A stretch of DNA of 64,000 bases from an uncultured Actinomycetota bacterium (GTDB lineage Bacteria; Actinomycetota; Actinomycetes; CAVWCF01), in NCBI GenBank assembly GCA_963753435.1, contig CAVWCF010000001.1, forward strand, positions 256,001 to 320,000, read 5' to 3'. Within the stretch, counting starts at the first letter, position 1. The number at the start of each line of letters is the position of its first letter. The position numbers and the translations under genes were made by a program. Below the pieces are notes generated by a model, which was not told where the DNA came from, did not search any database, and saw only the letters and a list, made by a program, of their open reading frames with translations. Positions 32,370 through 40,511 of this stretch are shown here, piece after piece.

Positions 32370-33158
32370 TCACTCCCCCGCACATGCCAGCAGGGTGGTT
32401 GCCGGTGAGTGGTGCACGATCGCGGTAGCAACGGAACCGACTCGCAGCCGCTCCAGTCCGGTGAGCCCGCGCGTGCCGGCGACGACCAAGTCCGGCTCCA
32501 GGTCCCGGATCCGCTCGAGGATCGGAGTCCGCACGTTCACGAACAGTTCGTCGCCCAGCGGTACGACGCGTGCAGTGATGGTGGCTCCTGAGGGCGCCAG
32601 CGCGGCCGCGGCCTCCTCGATCGCGGAGTCCACATCAACCCGCCCGTCGTTGACTGCCAGGACCTCCACCGAAACCTCGCGCAACCAGGGCCACTGAGCC
32701 AAAGCCGTAACTGCCGCGTTGGAGTGAGCGGAACCGTCGACACAGACGAGGACGCTTCGACAAGGCCGGTCCTCACGAACCAGAAGTAGCGGTACTGGTG
32801 GTGCTTGCAGTAGCCACTCGCTGGTGCTGCCCAGATGCATGGCCTTCAACAGCCCACGACCGCGGGTGCCGACCACTAGTAGTTCTGCCTCGCCCAGGGC
32901 GGACAGGACGACACGTGGGTCACCGGTCGCGCGCAAATGCGAAACGCTCAAACCCGATCTCGGATCAGCCGAACGTGGTTGCTGCGGATCGGCATCCGGT
33001 TCGACCCGGTCCTCGTTGGAACTGGGCGCGACTTGGGCCGGCGTAACCCGCAGTACCGCAACCGCCCAGCCCGGCCACGAGCGGCGATTGAGCCATCTCC
33101 AGGCTGCTTCCGCGTGCTCCGAGCCGTCGTCCCCGAACACGATCCGTGGCTGCATCAT
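32370..33158 (-). CDS. Universal stress protein, tandem domains
   Basis: VVGTRGRG...LGS and VAGTRGLTG...VGSVA. Confidence 0.9.
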   Translation of the reverse strand: MMQPRIVFGDDGSEHAEAAWRWLNRRSWPGWAVAVLRVTPAQVAPSSNEDRVEPDADPQQPRSADPRSGLSVSHLRATGDPRVVLSALGEAELLVVGTRGRGLLKAMHLGSTSEWLLQAPPVPLLLVREDRPCRSVLVCVDGSAHSNAAVTALAQWPWLREVSVEVLAVNDGRVDVDSAIEEAAAALAPSGATITARVVPLGDELFVNVRTPILERIRDLEPDLVVAGTRGLTGLERLRVGSVATAIVHHSPATTLLACAGE

Positions 33159-33219
33159 CGCCTCCGAACACCCGAAAGTCGTCTGCTTTCACCGTATCCC
33201 CCTACGCTGCCTCCAGGAG

Positions 33220-33233
33220 GTGCCGAATGGCCG
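33220..33233. promoter_or_regulatory. Degenerate DevR/DosR-type box for usp
   Basis: GTGCC-GAAT-GGCCG centred at -42.5 of minus-strand -10 TACGGT (33196-33191). Confidence 0.35.
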
Positions 33234-34549
33234 AAACGCCGGTTGATCCAGAGGTGCAGCGCTTGCGGGAGCAGGTGGAGAAGTTGGAGTCAGAACTGGC
33301 CACCGGGGGCCCGCGTAGGTCGGCAGGCTCCGCGTGGCGCTGGGTCGGCGTCGCCCTTGTGTCCCTCTTGATCTTCGTTGTGGCCCCGGTCTCGGTGCTC
33401 GGCGCGTGGGCGCAGAGCATCGTCTTCGACACCGATCGGTATGTGGCCACGGTCACACCGCTGGCCGACGATCCGGCGGTGGAAGAAGCCATCGCTCAGC
33501 AACTAACCGATCAGATCTTGACCGAGATTGACGTCCAGGACGTCGTGGACTCGGTGGCGCAGAACCTGTCCGAAGCCGGCGCACCGGATGCGGTGAACCT
33601 CCTGAAGCCGCTGGCCGTGAGCGGCGTTGAGAATCTGATCGCAAGTGCGGTTGATGGCGTCATCGCCTCCGAGGCTTTTGAGACTGCCTGGATCGAAGCC
33701 AACCGGACCGCGCATGAATCGTTGGTCGCCGCGCTTACCGGAGAAGAAGACGGCACGGCGTCCATCGAGGACGGCGAAGTGCGCATCCAGACCGCGGCGT
33801 TCATCGGGGCGATCAAGGACGCACTTGCCGATACCAGGCTGTCGGGGGTCGCCGACCGGATCCCGGAGGTGAACGCCTCCTTCGTGGTGTTCGAGAGCAA
33901 CAACTTGGCGAACATCCAGTCGGGGATGCGGCTACTGGATGCTGCCGGCAACTGGCTACCGGTGCTGACGCTGGTGCTGGCGTTGGCAGCGATCGCGTTG
34001 GCGCCGAATCGGCGCCGGGGCGTGATGGTCGTCGGCCTGACCCTGGCCGGCTCCATGCTGTTGCTTGGGCTCTTGTTGGCCGTCGGCCGGGTGGCCACCC
34101 AGGACGCGGCCCAATCGCTGAACGCCGACGCTGCGGTTGCGATCTACGACCAGGTGTTGACGTACCTGCGCATCAGCCTGCGCGCCGTCGCGATCGTCGG
34201 ACTGCTTGCGGCACTGATCGCCTGGCTGTCTGGGCCCTCGGGTCCAGCGGTGGCCGTTCGTGGTGGCGTCAATCGCGGTTTTGACTACACGCGCCAGGTG
34301 ACCGTCGGGGATGCCGAACCGGGTCCGGGCCGAGCTTGGTTGGTGCAGTACCGCCGCCCATTGCAGGCGGCGATCATCGGGATCGGCGTCATCGCCTTGC
34401 TGTTCTGGCCGTACCCGACCGCTCTGGTTGTCGTCGGAATGCTGATTCTGGTGTTGCTGGCTCTGGCGCTAGTCCAAGTGTTCGGTACCGCTCCCCGATC
34501 ATCGGCCCCGGCGGCGCAGCGCGAGAACGCCGGCAATCGGGACGAGTAG
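33227..34549 (+). CDS. Integral membrane protein of unknown function
   Basis: AGGAGG RBS; DTDRYVATVTPLA, WIEANRTAH; N-terminal TM, large loop, several C-terminal TMs. Confidence 0.82.
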   Translation: MAETPVDPEVQRLREQVEKLESELATGGPRRSAGSAWRWVGVALVSLLIFVVAPVSVLGAWAQSIVFDTDRYVATVTPLADDPAVEEAIAQQLTDQILTEIDVQDVVDSVAQNLSEAGAPDAVNLLKPLAVSGVENLIASAVDGVIASEAFETAWIEANRTAHESLVAALTGEEDGTASIEDGEVRIQTAAFIGAIKDALADTRLSGVADRIPEVNASFVVFESNNLANIQSGMRLLDAAGNWLPVLTLVLALAAIALAPNRRRGVMVVGLTLAGSMLLLGLLLAVGRVATQDAAQSLNADAAVAIYDQVLTYLRISLRAVAIVGLLAALIAWLSGPSGPAVAVRGGVNRGFDYTRQVTVGDAEPGPGRAWLVQYRRPLQAAIIGIGVIALLFWPYPTALVVVGMLILVLLALALVQVFGTAPRSSAPAAQRENAGNRDE

Positions 34550-35068
34550 GAAGCTGGCCGTGATGAGCACCCACTTCGACGCCGTGAAGAAGGGTGCGAG
34601 GAACGGCAGGACGGCGGTCTCCGCGGGATAGCGACCGATCGTGACCGCGGTGCACACGTTCTCCGCATAGTCCAAGACCACCACGACGACCGGCAGCAGG
34701 TTCAACCGGCGCCAGGGACTGCCGACGGCAACCGCCCGTGCCAGCAGCCAACTCAACGTCGTGGCCAGGAACGCCCCGTACACCAGCGGCCAGACCAGGT
34801 CGAAGGTGTACCTGGCTTGAACGTAGGCCTGACGTCCCTCCGGCCCGAAGGCCTCCGCTGATTCACGCAGGTCGTCGGCGGAGTACCAGAAACTGGTGTC
34901 CGGCGACGGCGCTCCGTTGGCGTACTGCTCGGCGTCTGAGGCCGCCATCGGCAGCACAGTGGCGCTGAAGACCACGAAGACAGCGATCGCGGCGAGCACG
35001 ACCCAGCCGGAGCTGACCCGGTAAAGCCATTGCGACAGCCCGCGGCCGTCGCGATGCCGGCCGGTCAT
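34499..35068 (-). CDS. Membrane protein of unknown function
   Basis: PDTSFWYS, GRQAY, DLVWPLVY, DYAEN, SKW; ATGA overlap. Confidence 0.78.
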   Translation of the reverse strand: MTGRHRDGRGLSQWLYRVSSGWVVLAAIAVFVVFSATVLPMAASDAEQYANGAPSPDTSFWYSADDLRESAEAFGPEGRQAYVQARYTFDLVWPLVYGAFLATTLSWLLARAVAVGSPWRRLNLLPVVVVVLDYAENVCTAVTIGRYPAETAVLPFLAPFFTASKWVLITASFLLVPIAGVLALRRRGR

Positions 35069-35730
35069 CGGCTCGCCAACTGGCATGTCCAATCGACCGC
35101 CAAGGATGCGACCAAGCGCGCGGCCTCAGGATCAACCTTGCCGCACCCCATTCGGCAAGCCAGATCCGCTCGCCCTTCGGCATCGCAATGTGAGCCGTTC
35201 GGGATCTCGATGACTTCCGCGTTGGGTAGCGCCGACAACCATTCGGCCGCTTGGCCGGACCGGTTGCACCGGTTCGGAGGTGCGACCGCGGCATGGACCG
35301 GCAAGTCGCCCAGTGCGCCCAGGGCCGGTTGCATCAACCCGGTCAGTGACTCATTGGGGTCCAGCAGGACCAGACCAAGCGGCTCCGGCCCGTCTTGACG
35401 AAGAGCTGCGGCCACATGGCAAAGCGATGCGCCCCCGACGGAGTGACCCAGCAGCACCAGGCGGTTGCCCGGTGAATCGCTCAACGGCGGCAGCCTGAGC
35501 GCGACTTGGTTCAGCACTGCCGGGTCATCAAGCAGCCGGTGTCGCCGCAGGCTCGGCAGGCTGGGCGCCAGAACCTCCAGACCGGCATTGACCAACTGCT
35601 GAGTCAGCCCAGCGAGGTGCTTGGGGGTTCGGGCGAATCCGTGCTGCAGCCAGACGGCACCGATTGACTCGCCCGAAGGCTCAGTGCGGTACACCGTCAC
35701 CTTCAGATCCGGCCAAGTGATGCGTTCCAT
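35065..35730 (-). CDS. Alpha/beta hydrolase
   Basis: QHGF, GHSVGG, LLDP, SHCDAEG. Confidence 0.78.
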   Translation of the reverse strand: MERITWPDLKVTVYRTEPSGESIGAVWLQHGFARTPKHLAGLTQQLVNAGLEVLAPSLPSLRRHRLLDDPAVLNQVALRLPPLSDSPGNRLVLLGHSVGGASLCHVAAALRQDGPEPLGLVLLDPNESLTGLMQPALGALGDLPVHAAVAPPNRCNRSGQAAEWLSALPNAEVIEIPNGSHCDAEGRADLACRMGCGKVDPEAARLVASLAVDWTCQLASR

Positions 35731-36272
35731 CAGGGCAGCACTCCGGCATGCGCGAGAGCCAGGCGGAGCAGGCGATCCTGTCCACCGGTCATCTCCCGGC
35801 CCACGTCGTCACTGGCGGCCTCCGCCGGCGTCATCCAGACCAGGTCCAACGCGGAATGGGAGGGTTCACAGTCACCATCGACGGGGACTACGAACGCAAG
35901 GCTGACCGCGTGCTGGCGTGGATCATGAAAGCCGGTCACTTCCGGTGTCGGAAAGTACTCCGCGATCGTGAACGGGGCCGGTGACACCGGAACGCGCGGC
36001 AGGGCCATCGGCCCCAGGTCCTTCTCCAGATGACGCAGAAGCGCATCGCGGATGCGTTCGCCGTAGAGCACGCGGCCGGATACGACCGCCCGACTGATGC
36101 TGCCGTCGGGCATTGCCCGCAGCAGCAGGCCGATGCTGGCTATCCGTCCAATGCTGTCCACCCGAACCGGGATGGCATCCACATAGACGATAGGTAGGCG
36201 CCCGCGCGCGGACTCCAGGTCCTCTGGCGCCAGCCAGCCTGGTCGCACCTGCGTGATGTCGGTCACGGCCAC
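35730..36272 (-). CDS. NUDIX-like DUF4916-family protein
   Basis: LPIVYVDAIPVR, VSGRVLYGE, HDPRQHAVSL. Confidence 0.85.
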   Translation of the reverse strand: MAVTDITQVRPGWLAPEDLESARGRLPIVYVDAIPVRVDSIGRIASIGLLLRAMPDGSISRAVVSGRVLYGERIRDALLRHLEKDLGPMALPRVPVSPAPFTIAEYFPTPEVTGFHDPRQHAVSLAFVVPVDGDCEPSHSALDLVWMTPAEAASDDVGREMTGGQDRLLRLALAHAGVLP

Positions 36273-36349
36273 CCTCCCCGATCGTCGCGAACGTGGCCCA
36301 TCGTGGCATGGCCCGCGCGTTCAGCGGAGATCCTGCCTAGGGTCTGGGC

Positions 36350-37943
36350 ATGCCGAAGTTGGAGATAGTTGACGCCGCTGACCGACCGCTCCCCCTCGAC
36401 GCGCAAGCCTGGACCCGCCACTCGGGCCTTGAGGTGCAACTGGTCCAGACGCCGTCCGGCACTGCCGACGGCGTCCTGGTCCTCGGGCCACCAAGCGCGG
36501 ACGTGGTCGCCGGGCTCTCGCAGAGACGCGGGCGACATCCCGGTTCTGGTGGCGGGCGCAGCGCTGCGCGGCGACTTGGCAGAACTGGCCGGCGTGACGT
36601 TCGGGTCGGAATCGCCGGAGCATGAGATCCGGCTGCGCTTGGTGCCGCAGTTGGACCCGCGGGCGGAAGGCGACCTGCTGCTGCGGGGCACCGTTCCGAC
36701 GGTCACGGCGCTGGCTGACGACGTCCAAATTCTGGGTGACGTGCATCTGGGCCTGGACCGTCATGCGGCGCTGACTTGGCGCGCCGCGAGCGGGTTCGGC
36801 GTGCTGACCGTGGCCGATCGCGCTGACGCCTGGTCCAACCCCCGGCTGCCACGCACGGTCGCCCGCTGGCTGCGGCACGCCCAAGGGGAGCCGGAGGCGC
36901 AGCCGTTGCGGGTGGGGCTGCTCGGTTACGGCGCCATCGGTCATGAGCACAACCGGGCAGTGCACGCAGTCCCGGGGCTGGAGCTGGTGGCGGTATGCGA
37001 CCAGAACCCCGAGCGGATCGAGGTGGCCCGCCAGTTGGCACCGCAAGCGCGCGGGTACACCGACGGCCTGGAGATGCTGCAGGACCCCGATGTGGACCTG
37101 GTGGTCGTGTCCACTCCCCCGAACAGCCACCACCGCTGGGCGATGGACGTGCTCGGAGCCGGCAAGCATGTGGTCCTGGAGAAGCCGATGGCCCTGACCG
37201 CCAAACAGTGCGACGAGGTGATCGAGCGGTCCCGCGAGATGCAGCGCGTGGCGGTCGTCTACCAGAACCGGCGTTGGGATCGGGACTACTTGGCGATCAG
37301 GTCGCTGCGGGACTCGGGGGCCCTTGGCGACGTCTTTCACGTCGAGACGTTCGTGGGCGGTTACGGACACCCGTGCAACTACTGGCACTCCGACGCCGGG
37401 GTATCCGGAGGGGCCATATTCGACTGGGGCAGCCACTACCTGGACCAACTCCTGGATCTGCTCGGCCAACCCGTGTCGGTGAGTGCCCGCAACCACAAGC
37501 GCGTTTGGCTCGACGTCACGAACGCGGATCACTCCAGGGTCACGGTCACGTTCGCGGACGGGTGCGAGGCGACGTTCATCCATTCCGACCTTGCCGCCGC
37601 AATCAAGCCCAAGTACTACGTCCTCGGCACCTCGGGGGCGGCTGTCGGTGAGTGGCAGCACGAACGCATCGTGAGCGCCACGGACATCGGCACCGTTCAC
37701 GAGCATCGGTTCGCTCCGGCTGACGCGCCTGCCCAAATCCGCTTCTTCGCCCCGGACGGGTCGGTGACCGACGTTGCCCTCCCCGAGCCGCAGGAGTTCG
37801 CCTTCCACCGGGAACTGGCGGCGTTGGTGCTTGAAGGGTTGCCAATGAGCGTCACAGCGGACCAGTCGCGGCAGGTCGTGGCGGTCATGGAGGCGGCGGA
37901 GCGCTCAGCTGTGGCCGACGGTGAAGCGGTGGGTCTGGGGTGA
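36350..37943 (+). pseudogene. Gfo/Idh/MocA oxidoreductase with N-terminal extra domain; apparent +1 frameshift near 36518
   Basis: TAGGGT-N6-ATG at 36350 opens MPKLEIVD...VVAGL; coding-like sequence continues in the next frame (RDAGDIPVLV...GYGAIG, EKPM, YQNRRWD, DWGSH). Confidence 0.65.
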
Positions 37944-38887
37944 TCCGCTGGGGTTTCTTGGGGGCCGGGTTCATCGCTTCCCGGGCGTTGGCACCAGCCG
38001 TCCACGCCGCTGACGGCAGCGTTCTGCATAGCGTCGCGGCTCGGGATCTGCGCCGCGCTGAAGGGTTGGAGCCGGTGCGGGCCTGCACGGAGTACGCCGA
38101 CGTACTTGCGGACCCGGAAGTGGATGCCGTCTACATCAGCTTGACCAACGAGGCGCACCTGCCATGGGTGACGGCGGCACTGGCGGCGGGCAAGCACGTG
38201 CTCTGCGAGAAGCCACTCGGCCTGAATGCGGCCGAAGTGGCGCAGATGTTCGAGCACGCCAGGGCCGCCGAACGGCTGCTGGTGGAAGCCACCATGTACC
38301 GCTGGCACCCGCGTACCCGACGCGCTGAGGCGCTAATCCGCTCCGGCGCGATCGGCACCGTGACGGCGGTTGACGCCAGCTTCACCTTCGACGGTGTTCC
38401 TGAGGACAATTACCGAATGGACCCCGCTCGCGGCGGCGGTGCCTGGTACGACGTGGGCTGCTACACGGTTTCGGCGGCCCGGTGGGCGCTTGGGCGTGAT
38501 CTGGCCGAACCGGACGCCGTCACGCGCCGGGACCTCCCGACCGGGGTGGACGGCAGCACCGAAGCGAGTTGGGCCGATCCGCGGGTGCGGTTACGCGCGT
38601 CCGTCATCGACGTCCCCGAACAGTCCCTGCTGATCCACGGCAGCGACGGCCTACTTGATCTCGGCCATGAGTCCGCGGCGTTCACCGCGTGGCATGACCC
38701 GGTGGACCTTCGGCTGCGGACGGCGGCCGGGGACGAGGTGGAGAGCTTCGCCGCGATCGACCCGTACCAGGAGATGGTCATGGGCTTCACGCGGAAGTTG
38801 TCCGGAGAAGACGCCTGGGTGTTGCCGCCTGAGGAGTCCCTGGGCGTGGCTACGACCATGGATGCGGTTCGCGCCTGGGTGGGATGA
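37940..38887 (+). CDS. Gfo/Idh/MocA oxidoreductase
   Basis: WGFLGAGFIA, HVLCEKP, YDVGCY; GTGA overlap. Confidence 0.9.
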   Translation: MIRWGFLGAGFIASRALAPAVHAADGSVLHSVAARDLRRAEGLEPVRACTEYADVLADPEVDAVYISLTNEAHLPWVTAALAAGKHVLCEKPLGLNAAEVAQMFEHARAAERLLVEATMYRWHPRTRRAEALIRSGAIGTVTAVDASFTFDGVPEDNYRMDPARGGGAWYDVGCYTVSAARWALGRDLAEPDAVTRRDLPTGVDGSTEASWADPRVRLRASVIDVPEQSLLIHGSDGLLDLGHESAAFTAWHDPVDLRLRTAAGDEVESFAAIDPYQEMVMGFTRKLSGEDAWVLPPEESLGVATTMDAVRAWVG

Positions 38888-38901
38888 GGGTCCAAGGTCC
38901 C
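38888..38901. promoter_or_regulatory. DevR/DosR-type box
   Basis: GGGTC-CAAG-GTCCC centred at -43.5 of -10 CACACT (38926-38931). Confidence 0.55.
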
Positions 38902-38996
38902 GGTCGTGTCGGCCCACACTGGCGGCACACTTCGGCTTGACTCACGCAACGGATACCCGGAACGCGCACTAACCGCGCCCGGACGGAGGGGAAGAC

Positions 38997-39776
38997 ATGG
39001 ACCTGGGCTACGGATACGGCACCGACTGGTACGGCTACCGCAAGAAGTTCGCCGTGCTGGTGCCGTCGACGAACACCGCGGTGGAGTACGAGTACAACGC
39101 CATGAAGCCTGAAGGCGTTGTGGTCGCTACCCGCGGATGTGTCATCCCGCCGTTCAACGTGACCAACGAGGACGAGTTCGTCGGCATGGTCAAGGCCATT
39201 GGTGCCGCCACGGAGCAGGGCCTTCGCGACGCCCTCACGCTCAAGCCCGACCACGTCATCTTCGGCTACTCCGCGGAGACGTTCTGGGACGGCAAGGAAC
39301 GGTCCGACCGCGAGTTCGCCCGCTACAACGACATCGCCCAAGAGGTGGCCGGCTGCAACGTCACCTTCGGCGCCCAGGCCATCCAGGACGCCCTGGCAAA
39401 CTTCCCGGGCGTCCACCGAATCGGCGTCATCAGCCCATACATGCCAATCGGCAACCAGATGGTCGACAAGTTCATGTCGGACATCGGCTACGAGGTTGTG
39501 CGCATGGCTGGGCACTCCTCCCCCGGTCCAGTAGAGATCGCACACGAACCGTTCGCGAAGTCTCGGGCACTGGTGCATGAGGTGGATGGCGACGATGTCG
39601 ACCTCATCTTGCAGGCGGGGACCAACCTGCCGTTCGTGCCGCTGGCCGCAACGATGGAGCGCGAACTGGGCAAGCCGGTGCTGGCGATCAACGCAATCAC
39701 CTTCTGGCACGCGCTGCGCGCCAATGGCATCCAGGATCGAATCAGCGGGTTCGGGCGCCTGCTCGAGGAGTTCTAG
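38997..39776 (+). CDS. Maleate isomerase / Asp-Glu racemase superfamily protein
   Basis: LVPSTNTAVE, VISPY, GTNLP, ELGKPVLAIN, GFGRLL; GGAGGGG RBS. Confidence 0.85.
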   Translation: MDLGYGYGTDWYGYRKKFAVLVPSTNTAVEYEYNAMKPEGVVVATRGCVIPPFNVTNEDEFVGMVKAIGAATEQGLRDALTLKPDHVIFGYSAETFWDGKERSDREFARYNDIAQEVAGCNVTFGAQAIQDALANFPGVHRIGVISPYMPIGNQMVDKFMSDIGYEVVRMAGHSSPGPVEIAHEPFAKSRALVHEVDGDDVDLILQAGTNLPFVPLAATMERELGKPVLAINAITFWHALRANGIQDRISGFGRLLEEF

Positions 39777-39807
39777 CCTGCAACTGGCTTTGCCGCGCAT
39801 TAGCCTC

Positions 39808-39840
39808 CGACTGCCCCTGCCGCAATGGTGGGGGCAGTCG
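39808..39840. terminator. Intergenic hairpin (terminator or 5' leader stem)
   Basis: 10-bp perfect stem CGACTGCCCC/GGGGCAGTCG; no U-tract. Confidence 0.45.
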
Positions 39841-39860
39841 CACGAGGACGGTTAGCCGCA

Positions 39861-40511
39861 GTGGAGTTGCAGGCGAAGACGAGCAGGACCCGCTCCCTAT
39901 GGGTGACCGCCGGAGTCGGCGCACTGGCGCTGGCCGGCGGGTGGGCCATCGCCGCCGAGGCCACGCAAGTGCCGTCTTGGGAAGAGGCGGTCACCCTCGG
40001 CATCAACGACGCACCGGACTGGTTGCGTTATCCGCTCTGGCCTGTGATGCAACTGGGCAATTTCTGGATGGTCGCAGTACTACCAGCTGGGCTGTACGCG
40101 GCCACTCGCAGCGGTCGGGCGGCCGCGACCGGGGCGTTGGCCACCGGGGCGGCCTGGGCGCTGGCGAAACTGGTCAAGGAGCAGGTCGGCCGCGGCCGGC
40201 CGGCGGACTTCTTCGACGACACGGTCGTGCGCGAGTCCGGAGTCACGGGCCTGGGGTATGTGAGTGGGCACGCCGCCGTGGCGTTCGCCGCGGCGACTGT
40301 TGTCGCCCACTTCCTGCCGCGGCGCTGGAAATGGGTCCCGTTCGGTCTGGCGACAGTCACCGGCCTGGCTCGGATCCATTACGGTGCGCACTTCGCCCTT
40401 GACGTCGTCGGTGGTGCTGGTCTTGGGGTGGCCTGCGGTGCAATCGCCCTGTTGATCCTGCGCCCGCCGACAGGGACGCGAACCTCCGAAGCGAAAGGCA
40501 CCAGTGCATGA
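39861..40511 (+). CDS. PAP2-family membrane phosphatase
   Basis: KEQVGRGRP, YVSGH, ARIHYGAHFALD (C1-C3 motifs). Confidence 0.88.
   Translation: MELQAKTSRTRSLWVTAGVGALALAGGWAIAAEATQVPSWEEAVTLGINDAPDWLRYPLWPVMQLGNFWMVAVLPAGLYAATRSGRAAATGALATGAAWALAKLVKEQVGRGRPADFFDDTVVRESGVTGLGYVSGHAAVAFAAATVVAHFLPRRWKWVPFGLATVTGLARIHYGAHFALDVVGGAGLGVACGAIALLILRPPTGTRTSEAKGTSA

Noticed and set aside
33169-33182. CACCC-GAAA-GTCGT as a fifth DevR-type box
   Set aside because: Both half-sites are poor and the spacing (about -39.5) differs from the others.
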